64,000 bases of DNA from Octopus vulgaris. Taxonomy: Eukaryota. Below the pieces are notes generated by a model. That model had not been told where the DNA came from, did not search any database, and saw nothing but the letters and a program-made list of their open reading frames with translations. Below are positions 40,011-52,781 of this stretch, one piece after another. The stretch spans positions 30,566,001-30,630,000 of the forward strand of contig OX597833.1 in assembly GCA_951406725.2 (NCBI GenBank), in the 5' to 3' direction. Positions within the stretch are counted from its first letter, which is position 1; the number at the start of each line of letters is the position of its first letter. Both the position numbers and the translations under genes were made by a program.

Positions 40011-41666
40011 AAATTTTTTAATCACCCACAAGGGGCAAACATAGAGGGGACAACACAAAACCATGTGGCGATACAGAACACGTAAAAAATAAAATTTAAA
40101 TAAAATTTAAAATATGGTAACATGAAAATAAGCTGCCTGCCCCACCTCAAGTAGCAACACTTACTTCCTTCTGAATCCCGAGTCCTTCAAAATGTCCAAT
40201 CCTAATTTTTCTCTCAGTTCCTCATATCCTACTTCTGCTGGTATCCTTTTCAGGTTTGCATCAGTCTTCCAAAACTTATAACCTTTTTTATATTTTGCAA
40301 TCACTTCCTTCTGGCTCTGAGACACCAGCACACACATGTGCCAACCCACAACATTAGTATATCCTTCCACATCCACAAATTTTACTGTCTTCCACCTTGT
40401 TACCTCGTTTATTAGTTCCTTGTCTACATCCTCTGTTAACACACATACATAGCTATTTTCATGGTGGGGTGGGATTTTGTGTATCTTGTGATGTCTGTTC
40501 CTCTCTTTTTTTTTTTACATTTTGAATGAAGGGAATCACTTATTCCCTTCATTCTGTGATTTCTGTGGGGAGAGGTTATGAGTGGGGTGGGGATGGCTTG
40601 ATTTCCACATTACATTGTCCTTTCTTCCTCTTTTTCCTTCTTCATAAAGCATAATATGCCGAATATGCTCCTTTGTCACTTTCATTATAGCTTTGAAAAA
40701 ATAACTGTTGAAATTGAACTGTCCATAATTCTTCCTCTTTCCTTTCTTCCATCTGTACCTCCTCTCACTTCTTCTCCAACTCTTTATCCATTTTTTCCAG
40801 ACTATGCTTCTGCAGAGGGCAGTGTGCTCTAATGTAGCACTTTTGGCCACATTTAAAACAGCGAGGGATTCTGCCCTCCACTCACACTTTGAAGATTATA
40901 TCTCCTATGGTCACTGTCTCCGCCAAATCTTCCAAGGATTCTACTTTAGCCTGAACAATAAGTTCTAATGTTTTTCCTTTCCACATCACCTCCTCCTCAC
41001 TTCCAAGGAGGACAGCCACTGCAACCCAAGCCACATCTATGTCTAGCGAGATTCTCTCTACCCTCATCTTGGATGTCCTCCTTCCAAGATACATGGATAG
41101 AAGGACCACTTTATTTGACTTCACTGTGTTTACAGCCAGCCTCCTTGCTACTTCCTCCATCTTGTACTGGACCACCACCATCCCATCTTTGCTTCCTCTT
41201 GCCAAAAACACAATATCCTTAGATACCACACACAACGCTTTCTCAATTGTTTTGGCTTCTACTTGATCTACCCTTTTCTGTTCTACTGAATAAACTTTAT
41301 ATACAATGGTTCTTTTCATCATGTCCTCCATAACTCTCTGTAGAGGCAACAATTTGACATCCCCACCTACTTTATGTGCCATTTTTTTTATGTTCTTCCA
41401 TTTTAGACAAGTCTATTTCATTCCTTTTTAACTCCGTTACCTCAGCAAAGCTTTTTTTCCCCAAGACATCTGTCCATTCTGTTTACTGCCTTTATTAATT
41501 CCTCTTCTGAAGTGGACAATTCCAACTCGCTAAGGTCCGAATAGAACATTTTTTTCATTAGCCATCGCTCCCTCTTGAAACAGAAGGAAAGCACAACAGG
41601 TTAACCGCTGCAAAGCAGCACAAAAATCAGCACTTCGATACAACTCAATACATGTTCAAAAAATAC
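40011..41666 (-). mobile_element. ORF1-only retroelement C
   Basis: ORFs 40882-41382 and 40161-40442 homologous to element B; CFKCGQK knuckle remnant near 40850; same 3' terminus; target copies at 39986-40010 and 41667-41704. Confidence 0.85.
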
Positions 41667-41704
41667 GACTTGTACTAAGAATAAGGACTTGCACTAAGAA
41701 TAAG

Positions 41705-43223
41705 ATGATTTTTTATTGCCCACAAGGGGCCAACACAGATGGGACAACAAAAACACATGTGGGGACATATAACACACAAAAAAATAAAAAATAAAAAACA
41801 ATTCAATTATGATAATATTAATGATTCATGAAAATGAGTAAATGAAAATGGGCTGCTAGCCCCACGTCTAGCAACTTCACTTCTTTTTAAGTCCTGATAC
41901 TTTTAGAACATCCAGATTAAAATTTTCTTGTAGCTCCTTGTACCCTATTCTTGCCAGTATCCTTTTTATATCAATGCCCATCTTCCAACACTTATATCCC
42001 CTTTTATATTTAACAATTACATCCCTTTGAACTTGTGACACCAACAGACACATGTCCTAACCCACTACACTTGCTTGTCCTTCCATATCAACAAATTTTG
42101 CCGTTCTCCAACCAGTCACCTCATTGATCAGTTCCTCCAGTGCATCTTTCGTTAAAACGCATACATACCCTGTTTCACTGGGGAGGGGATTTTTTTGTAT
42201 TTTGTGTCTGTTTCTCTTCTTTTTCCTTTTTATTTTGTAAAGGAGGGTAATGGGTGGGTTTGGTGTCTGTAGGGAGAGGGTGGGGATGGATTGGGGTTCC
42301 ATTTTGTACTGACCTTTTTTTTCCTTATCTCTGCCAATGTTCATACTTCCTCTCTCTCTTTTTCCTCTATTCACCCCTCTTGTTTCTTTTTAGACTTTTC
42401 CTCTATCTTATCCGTATTGTTGAAGGAAGTGTGCTTTAATGTGGCCTTTTTGGCCACATTTATAACACCAAGGTATCCTGCCCTCCACCCATACACTCAA
42501 AGTCACCTCTCCTACTGTCACTGTTTCGGCTAAACTTTCCAAAGTTTCAGTGTCTGCCTGAACCACGAGTTCTACTTTCTTCCCTTTCCATTTTGCTTTC
42601 TCAGTTTCTGAAGCTTGTAGAACAACCACCTCCATGTTTCCATATAGGACAAGGTGCGTGGGCTATAGTACCACTTTATTTGTCTTTATTGTGATTCCTG
42701 CCTGTCTCCTTGCTATTTCTTCTGACCTGTATTAGACAACTACTGTCCCAAATCAGTTACTTCTCTACATGAACACAATATTTTTGTGTACTGCATTCAA
42801 CGCCTTTTCTATTATTTCCACTTCCACTTGAACTATCTTTTCCTCTTCCACTGCATACACTTTGTAGATGATGGTTTTCCTTGCCATGTCCTCCATAATC
42901 CTCTCTGGTGGTGATAACTTCACATCACTGCCCACTCTGCTTGCCATCGTTTGGTGTACCTTGACATTTACAATGGTTATTTCTTTTCTGTTTATCTGTC
43001 ATCTCTGCAAAACTTCTTTTTTAACAAACACTTGTCCAACTTGTTCGCAGCTTCAATTAATTCCTCCTCCAAAGAGGGTATTCCTTTTAGCCATGGCTAT
43101 CTCTTGATAAAATTGAGAGAAAGCACAACTTGACACCGCTGCCAATGGAGCACAAAACAATTCAAATAACAATAATTCGATTAATGGTAATCACTAATTT
43201 AAACTTCAACTCACCAAACGACA
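41705..43223 (-). mobile_element. ORF1-only retroelement D
   Basis: ORF fragments 42765-42947, 42408-42635 (VEGRIPWCYKCGQKGHIKAH) and 42057-42374; same 3' terminus; target copy at 43224-43241. Confidence 0.85.
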
Positions 43224-43759
43224 ACTTGTACTAAGAATAAGGGTGTGGTTAAATTTATGTTGTTCCCTTCACACTTTGCTAAGCTTTTATATTTTTCTAG
43301 GTCTGACTGAGTAATCTTTAGGTTTTCCTGGTTTATAGTTTGGTTTGGTTTGGTTTGGTTGATTCATTTTCTTTGTTGGTTAATTCCTTTTCACTGTTGC
43401 GAATTGGGGTGTCCTTTGTAGAATCTGTTGTATATTTCTGGGTATTTACTTGGTTCACCTCCTCCTGTTCACAAAGGGAAGTGCTGGGAACATTACTTAG
43501 TACATCTCGTCAAGCCTGTTAGTATTGGGGGTGTTGTCAACATTTTGGCCAGAAGCTATAATTTAAAAAAAGTGTAAATAGATTACATAAGAAGAAGTTA
43601 CAAAAAAAATTTCAATTTGTCCCTTAATGGGGGAATTTCTAAACTCAATAACTCACGTGAGGGAAAAACATCTGCACAGCCAAAATTGTTGAACCTTCAT
43701 ACATTGTCTAACAACAGGAGAATCTATCATATATATATATATATGTATCAAGAAGAAAG

Positions 43760-44693
43760 AGAGAAAAACCTCCTCGTCGAAACAAAACTCCGGAAGAAAA
43801 CCAAAACTTTCAGATAGAAACTGTCGAACTCTTACACGAATTGTTAGAAAGGATCACAAAAGTACAGCTCCCAAAATTACTGCAGAGCTTAATGACCACC
43901 TCAAGAACCCAGTTTCCACAAAAACTGTTTGCTGGGAGCTGCACAAAGCTGGATTTCATGGGAGGGCTGCATTCAGAAAACCACTACTTTCAAAAACAAA
44001 CATTGCAAAGCATTTAGAGTGGAGTAAAAACCTACAGAGTTGGTCCCTAGAGCAGTGGAAGAATGTTATTTTCTCGGATAAGTCATCCTTTAACTTACTT
44101 CCGACAACTGGCTGAATATACGTGTGGAGACAGCCAAAAGAAGCATTTGATCCAGACTGCCTTCTTCCAACTGTTAAACATGGAGGAGGACCTGTGATGA
44201 TCTGGGGGGGTTATATCTTGGAAATCCACCAGCCCAATGTTTTCCCTTCATGGCAGAATTAATAGTCAAGACTATTTAAGCATTTTATCTGATCAAATTC
44301 ATCCTAAGGTTGCAGAATTATTTCCGGAGGGAAACGCAATCTTTCAGGATGATAATGCACCAATTCACACAGCTAAAGTTGTTACTGAATGGCATGAGGA
44401 ACATTCTAGTGAAGTTGAACATCTTATCTGGCCGTCACAGTCCCCAGATCTCAATATTGTTGAACATTTATGGTGCATTTTAGAAAAACAAGTAAGAAGT
44501 CAATATCCTCCACCATCATCACTACAAGAACTGGAGACTGTTTTAGCTGAAGAATGGACAAAAATTCTGTTGGAAACAATTCAAACCTTGTACAAGTCCA
44601 TACCTCAGAATTCAAGCTGCTAAAGGCAGTGCTACCCATATTAAAATAAATTTGTTTGAAATTTTAAGGTGTTTCCATTATTTTGTCCAACCC
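43760..44693 (+). mobile_element. Tc1-like transposon (DD34E), 5'-truncated
   Basis: RKPLLS, VIFSDKS, TVKHGGG.VMIWG, FQDDNAPIH and WPSQSPDLNIVEHLW; putative right TIR GTGTTTCCATTATTTTGTCCAACCC. Confidence 0.92.
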
Positions 44694-45700
44694 AGAGAGA
44701 GAGAGAGAGAGAGAGAAAAACAAGAACTGAAAATATTCAGATGAGTATTCATGCATAAGCATATAGATATTTACAAAATAGATTTACATGGAGTACAAAA
44801 AATACAGAAATCTAAAGGGAGAGGGCTCGTAGTTCATGTCCGACAGCTGTTTCTGGGAGCTCAGAATTATGTAATAGTTATGTTGACAGATGGAGTATGT
44901 AAAACGTTAAGGATATGTAAGTAGATTCATATAACTATTATCGTAGATCCTATCTCTGTCTTTAGAGTTGAGAGATAGGCATCTAAAATTACAGATCATA
45001 ATGCAGTTAATTTAGGGGTAGAACGGATGAAGAAAGTAAATAGAAGTAGGTGGAAGGAGGAAGTAGGTGGTTTATAAGAATGAAATATTAAAGCAGTGGA
45101 AGGGCAAAAAGATATAGGAGAGGCAGAGCAGCGAATGGGAGGTGGTGAGTAACCAGGAAATTGAGAGAAGTAGAAGTTGAGAGATGAGTGGGAAGAGATG
45201 GGATGGGTAGTATTGTGAAGGGCGACATCATTGTTGTGTGTGTTGACAACAGATATTAATCATGGATGATGAAAGCTATAGAATTGAGAAAGGGATGTAG
45301 TTATGATGAGAGAAGTAAAATGTAGGTATTGAAATGAAGGGAAGGGTTCAAGTTATTGATACTGAGTGGGAAGCAAAGAATCAAGCTGGGTTGGCAGCAG
45401 AGGGAAAATATTGAAGTAGGTAGAGAGGTATGAGAATAAATAGAGATGGACAGAAAGGGAGGGAAATGCTGGTGGAAATGGCAAAGGGTAGGTAATGTTA
45501 AGTGGTTCTGGTTGTGAATGAAGTTAGGAAGAGGTGAGGAAAAGAATTTGAAGGTGGAGTGATGATATAGAAGGATGTGCTAGGTAGGAGGAAAATACAA
45601 AGAGATTCAATATATATATGTATGTATGTTTGTATGTATGCATGTATATATATATATATATATATATATGAAAATATATATGTATGTATGTGTATATATA

Positions 45701-45734
<34 letters not shown>

Positions 45735-45849
45735 GTACATATATATAAGCACCAACATCTTCACTGACGCCTTAGCCAAAATTTTTTAATTTACATTCAG
45801 TAGAGTTATAAGCCTAAATTTTTTAATTTGGTCCCCCTTGATTTAGTTC

Positions 45850-48800
45850 TTTCATAGCAGTGTCACCACTCCTTGACTCACAGAACTAAGAATTCTTGCA
45901 TTCTGCTACCAGTTGTGGTAGATATCTATGAAGAGGCTACCAAACAAGTTTGGCATATAAAAGTAAAGTTCATAGGACAGGCCATCCTAACCAGGCAATC
46001 TGCTCCCCATGTAGTTCATAATCCCATACTGTATTTCTGTGGCTGTTATTGGTCTTTTGCAATGCTCAGCCTCCCTTGTCAAGAGTTGTGGCATACTGCT
46101 GTGGTTGTCACTGTAGTCTATCCAGCATTCTGAACTGCCATTTATTCCAGCAGTTGAGCAAAGTGCTACTGCAATGTAACACATGTCTATTCAGGCTCAA
46201 GTACCGTGCACCCATTTTGGTGCACCAAAGACTGAATTGTGGCTTTGTTGTCACATCGCACCTTTGCCATTTGGGCCCATTAAGCAGCTTTCTTCCCTTC
46301 ATTCTTAGAGCATGCATATTAGCTCTGACAATGCCTCCTTCATGCTTAGTGTTGAAAAATTGATCCAGGGCCTGTCTTGCCATGAGCACATTGGTTGTGA
46401 TGCCTTTCCTAACTGCCTTCAAAGTTCCTCAGTTTTTCTCTATGCTAATCACTAATGCCTTGCTATCACTAATGCCTTGCTAAACTTAATCAATTCTACT
46501 CTCATTGCCCTTTTCAGAGCAAACCATCATTTGCTGTGGACAACTGACCCCATCAACACCCACTTAACTAATTTACTTATCCAGTCTCTGAAAACTTGGC
46601 ATTGCCAGGGGTGATGTGTTCAGCTTCTAGTTGCCAGAATCTTGCCTACAAAACCTATCTAGGTTGACAATGCAGATCACAAATTTGTGGTCTATGTAGC
46701 TGATGATTTTGAAAAGTGGACAACTTATGCTATCCTTATCTATTGGCCTACAGACTACTCTATCTAGATATGACCTAGATGACTTGATGTAGTTTGTCCA
46801 TTTCCACACTGGTACATTTGGGAAATCTAGATGGTACCTGTCAGACAGCTGAAAACTTCTGAGCAGGTTTGTGAAGATTTTGCGCCCCACTCTTTTAACA
46901 GCTAGCCTCACACAATCTAAACGTGTCCAACATAGCAGTCCCCTATCAGCACTAAAGGTTGAGATGTTCCAAGGAAAACTTCCAGATCTCTGAAGAAATC
47001 CGGCTGTCCTGCCTTTGTTGGAATATAAACAGCCATCAGTCTGATATCACCCCTATCACCACTGTTTATATGCAGGACCATCAAGTTACCTCAGGGTTCA
47101 GGAAGATGGCTCTTATCTTGAGATTCAGGTATTTTTGCAAACGTCCCAGTTCCACCCTCTCTCATTCCCAGTTGACATGGAAAAAAGTAAATCTCATATC
47201 CACCAAAAATGGGCATGAAAGTTTGTTGAATGGAAAGTCTGGTTTCATTGATAGCCACTACATTAGTGACTTGAGATCATTGAGTAGGTGGCCCTGTTTC
47301 CAAAGAGACCCCAGACCACATGCATTTACACTGCCTATTCTGAACAAGACCATGTTTGTCAGAGAGGAGAGTGAAGAGAAACACTTAGCCTATTTTTGTG
47401 GAGAGACGAGTGTTCTGTCCTGGCTATTTGTGGATGTCTTTACAAATATTTCTTTATCAAGTCTTTTGTTTATGGTTCCATTCCTTTGGGATATTTTGTT
47501 TTCAGTTTGTTGTAAATTTGATGCTTTGTTTTTATAATTTTTCTGTTAATATGGGTGCTATGCATGGCTATGACATATTCATTTAGAGTAATGTCTATGT
47601 TAATTTAGTGCTTGTTGTTTGTGTCTGTGACCATGTAATTGATGATGTCTTGGGAGTCATTGGTCTAGATTACTATGTGTTTTCATTTGTTGAAGGTGTT
47701 TGTAATGTTGGTGGTATTTGTTGGTGGTGTTGGAGATGTTTGTAGTTGTGTTGGTGTAGAGTGTGGGTGTGTGGTGGTTTGTTGGTTTTTGTGTCTCCTC
47801 TAGTCTCTTCGTTTTCATTTTGTAATTTCTTTTTCCTTTCACCAAACTGTTTTCATAGTGACAGAGGGAAGGTATGCCTGTGCAGTTGCATGTTTTTAGG
47901 CCAGTGGTCTGGTTGATTGGTGTGGGTGAGGTTTCTTTCAGTTGTGATGGTGCAGGTGATGTTATTGTTTTTCTCAGGTGTTGTACCAGTGCTTGCTGCT
48001 GCTGTTGAATAGATTTCTCCTATCTGTTGATGATGTTGTTGTTTTGGATGCTGCTGTTCTTTGTATTGATGCTGTTGGTGTATTGTTGCTGCTGCTGTTC
48101 TTCTTTAAAGCTGATGTTGTTGTGGTAGAGGTGTCTGCAGCAGTGGGGTTTTCCTTTTCTCTGCATCGGGCAGAAAGCCTTTAAGTGGTTCCTCTCTCCA
48201 CAAATGTGGCATCTCAGTTTTCTGTTCTTGACTACTATGAATAGCTGTGTACCATTAGGGAAATTGATCAGGTCAGGGATGACTTCAATACTTCCTATAT
48301 CAATAATTCCTTTTCTGTGCTGGACCAATTTTCCTTTCTTGTTTTGTGCACCGGGAGAATTGTTTTATTCTCTATGCCATATAATATGGCTGTCACCAAC
48401 AAAGAGATGTCCACTTCTGGTGTTACCTCTTCTACCTTTATTTTAACCACATTCAGACCAAAGTATGTCAGAATTAGCCACAATTCCTCACTTTTGAGGG
48501 ATGTTTTGGACATTCTTTGGTTTTTTTCCTCAGTTGGGAATCTCACCTCAACTGTGCCAAAGCATCTCCCATGATTGACATAAGTTTTTATCCCCCAGAT
48601 GGGTCTCAATTGCTGCTCACTCCAGTCTCCTAATTTTTGATGAAATACACTTGTAAATAATAGTTTTTTATTACTAGTATTTTCTCGTATATCCTTTGGA
48701 ATGTCTAGAAATATTGTTCTGACATTCTTTGTCAAATGTGCTTTGGCATCACAACACTTTCTGATTCATCAACTCTCTCCATTCGATGACATGTTTGTGC

Positions 48801-49330
48801 AAAACCATTCCCTTTTTACTTAGAAATAAGAACCACCACTCTTTCTGTTGTATTGTTTGTGCTGTTGTTGGTGGTGTTGCTGGTACTAGTGGTGGTGGTG
48901 GTGGTGGTGGTGGTGGTGGTGGTGGTGGTGGTGGTGGTTGTTGGTGGTGGTGGTGGTTGTTGGTGGTGGTGGTGTTAGTGGTGGTTGATGGTGGGTGGTG
49001 GTGGGTGGTGGTGGTGGAAGTGGCAGTGTAAGTGTTCTTGCTAGTGTTGGTGTTACTTTTTGTTGACATTGTTCTCTTGTTTTTCCTGTGATGGTGAAAG
49101 CAGTGCCAAAATTTTTAGCAGCAGAAAATTAGCTGCATACTTTTCTCTGCATACGTTTTGTGTTGCTGTTGTTGTTGTTCTTGTGGTTTTTGTTACTGCT
49201 GCTGTCCCTGATTTTTACAATTTTGTTGTTCTGTTCTGCAGATAGCTGGCTGTTGTTTTCGGTGGACAAACAATCCTCATTCACTGTCTTCCATTTTTTA
49301 AAACAAAAATTGAGGGTCATGTTTATTAAG
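45850..49330 (-). mobile_element. Tx1/L1-clade LINE with 5' UTR, ORF1 (CCHC), EN and start of RT; 3'-truncated
   Basis: ORF1 fragments 48749-49069, 48295-48735 (HGRCFGTVEVRF) and 48020-48328 (CHICGERNHLKAFC); ORF2 start MVLFRIGSVNACGL at 47353; SYLDRV, IDHKFV; RLPG*DGL. Confidence 0.9.
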
Positions 49331-49749
49331 TAAACCGCAATATAGCTTCTAAGGCCTACAGTTTGTGAAAACTAACAATCTCCCTAAAATTATGGTTAAT
49401 TTATCTACAAAATGATAACAAATGTTCAATAAATGATTTTGTATAGCAATAAAAATAAGAACAAACTTATGGGACCAATGTGCAATATATGTCGATAAAT
49501 GAATAAACAAAATGATCATGATGATGATGATAATAAACTAATACAACAGAAGACTCAAACCAAACCCCATGACAAAACATACTGATACAATACAATATAC
49601 CCACCCCCAAGAAATGCAGTTCACACCACCCCACCAGCACAAAGGTACAACAAATAATGCAATAGAAAGTTGCTTGAAACTATCAGATGTCAAAAAAAAA
49701 TAATAGTGGTGATGTCATTGGTGATGGACATTACCTTACTGTAGTTTAT

Positions 49750-52693
49750 AAGAGACAGGTGTTTCTGAAGAAACTCTGGTTGTAACAGCAAAAATGAAGC
49801 TGAACCTTTAAAGGAAGGCTTCTTGCTTGGCTCTGGTTCAGTGACTATGCAGACTGACCATGGTTGTTATCCTAATACAGCGTCAGCAGATAATGGAGTA
49901 AGGAGGAGGGAGTGGACCAGCAAAGAAAACAGGTTAGTGATACAGTGCTACTTAGAAAGTGAACCTAAAAGAAGGGGCCATAGAAAACAGATGTTAACAC
50001 TTTGGGTAGAGAAAGATGTATGTTTAAAGTGACTGAGCAGAGATTAGTAGATCAAGCTAATGCTATTACGAGAAGAAAGTGGATGACAGAATTGGAGGTA
50101 GAAGAGATCATAAGAGAACTGGAAAAGAAAGACCAGGCAGTAGGAAAGACAAACAGCTACATAATAGATACTGTTCAAACCAAAGACGAACCTAAAGGAA
50201 AAAATAATAATAGTGCTACTAATAAGGAAAGGACAACTGGCACCAGTGACTTAAGAAGATTTTAGATGAGTTGCAGGAAGTAATGAGTAAAGAAGTAAGA
50301 AAAAGATTGCCAGCATTAAAAGGCATCAACAGAAGGAAGTTACTAGAAATGATTAGGAAAAGTAGATTATGTTATCAGTAGGATAGATACTAACTTACTT
50401 AGGAGACACTAACTTACTGATCTTTGTAGGAGGGGTAGTAGTCACTAGAATATTAGATATTACACAGGAAAAAATCAAAAAAGAGCAAATGTGGAAAAGG
50501 AGACTACAAAATAAAGTGAGGATTTTAAGACAAGATCTGAGTAGAATAGAAGCCTGGAAACTGAACAAGTTAGGAAACACAAGATGCAAATCTTCTCTTG
50601 AGAAAAGATAGTCAAAGAAAAAGAACTTGGGACAGTAATAGAAGAGTTGAAACAAAGTATCATAGCAGGCAAGCTCTCCAGATATTAGAAAACAATAGAT
50701 CAGTATCCACAGAAGAAATTATTTGAGACAGACCAGAGAAGATTTTATACCCAAATAAATAAAATGGTGAACGAAGTACTGAAGATGAGAAACCTAATGC
50801 AGAAGAAGCTAGAAAGTTCTGGAGTAATATTTGGGATAAGCCAGTCAATCATAATAGAGATGCAGTATGGTTAAAGAAAGTGAGGGGAGAAATAGCGAGT
50901 GAGAAGCAACCAGATCTAAGGCTAACTAATGCATTAATGAGTAAAGTGTTAGGAAAAATGTTGAACTGGAAGGGCCCAGGACCAGATTTAGTTCAAGGGT
51001 ACTGGCTACAGATATTAAGTAGTTTACATGGCAGGCTGAGGGAACAACTTCAGGATTGCCTTAATGGAGGAATAATACCATATTGGATGACTAGAGGGAG
51101 GACATTACTCATGAAAGATAAAAGTAAGGGTGATACAACTAGCAACTATAGACCAATCACTTATTTACCATTAGTGTGGAAGCTGTATACAGGCATGCTT
51201 TCAGAAAGCATTTATGGGCACCTTGACAACCAGAATTTACTGCCAGAAGAACAGGAAGGTTGCAGGAAGACTAGAGGAATGCATGGTCTATTATACATAG
51301 ACAAAGCAGTTCTAAATGAAGTAAAAGCTAGAACGAAAAAATTAACAATAGCATGGATAGATTATAGGAAAGCCTATGACATTAGCACACACTCATGGAT
51401 AAGTGAATATTTGAGTATATTCAGTTTAGCAAACAGTTAGAGAATTAATTAACTGTAGCATGAAGAAATAGAAAGTAGATCTCTACTCAGGTGACACACT
51501 CTCAAGGAAAGTTAACATCAAAAGAGGAATTTTCCAGGGGGACTTGTTGTCCCTTTTAATATTTGTCTTATGTTTGATCCCCCTCAGTTTAGTATTAAGG
51601 GCAGCAAAGATAGGATGTCATTTCAGAAATAGTAAGGGAAAAATTAACCATTTGCTCTACATGAAAAAGAGATAGATTCCTTAATACAGACTGTAAGATT
51701 CTACAGCAAAGATATAGGCATGGAATTTGGCACAAATAAGTGTGCAATATTAGTCTTGAGAAGGGAACAGGTAGTCAACAGATTCTAATGCTGGAGGTGT
51801 ACTATGGTGGCAGCTGTTTACAACCAGTGAACTAAGGTAACACTCCTTATTTTTCGAGCACCATCTGGAGTATTCAAGCGGTTCCTAGCAGTGCTGTTTT
51901 CTGCAAGTGCCCCATGTATTGCCTGGTAGATTCCCAAAGATAGTTACAGCAAGTAGTAATAGTGAGACATGGCTATGGTTACAGAAAGGAAAGCTGAAAA
52001 GGGAGACAGAAAGTTTGTTAGTAGCTGTACACGATCAAGCATTAGAGACTAATTGGATAAAAGCCAAGATGACAAAAACCAAGTAGATTCCCATTGTAGG
52101 TTATCCAAACCAAAAGAGGAAAGCGTTACTCATATAGTCAGTGAATATAGCATACTGGCACAGGAAGAATACAAGAAAAGACATGACAACCATGGGAGTT
52201 ATATAGAAAGCTAGGATTTGAACATACTAATAAATAGTATAAGCTTGAACCTAGTAAAGTACTAGAAAGTAAGATGTGTGGGACTTTAACATTCAGACTG
52301 ACAGAGTAATAGAAGCTAGAAGGCCTGATTTAGTAGTAGTAGATAAAGACAATAGAAAGTGTCAGATAATTGCCTTTACAGTCCCAAATGATGGAAAGAT
52401 CAATATGAAAGGTACAGAAAAAATAGCAAAATACCAGTACCTAGCCATAGAATTACAGAGACTGGAAAGTGCAGGTAAAATGTATCCCAGTAGTTATAGG
52501 TACATTGGGAATTATCCCTAAAGATCTCAACAGATGGATAGAGGAAATATGCATAAAACTCATTTTAGTACAGCTCTAGAAAACAGTGTTATTAGGGACA
52601 GCTAGGATACTTAGGAGGGTTCTTAGCATCTAAGGTTACTTGCTGTTGTCCCATGTTAGGATTTTTTCTTTTCCAACACTCTAATCTGTTGTG

Positions 52694-52697
<4 letters not shown>
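49750..52697 (+). mobile_element. R4/Dong-like REL-endonuclease LINE (family a), decayed, with internal deletion
   Basis: N-terminal REWTSKEN..QCY; NWKGPGPD, NYRPIT, WIDYRKAYD, GIFQGD; WDFNIQTDRVIEARRPDLVVVDK; ends in (TAA)n. Confidence 0.9.
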
Positions 52698-52745
<48 letters not shown>

Positions 52746-52781
52746 ATAATAATCATAAGGAAGAAAGAAAAGTCGATAGAT

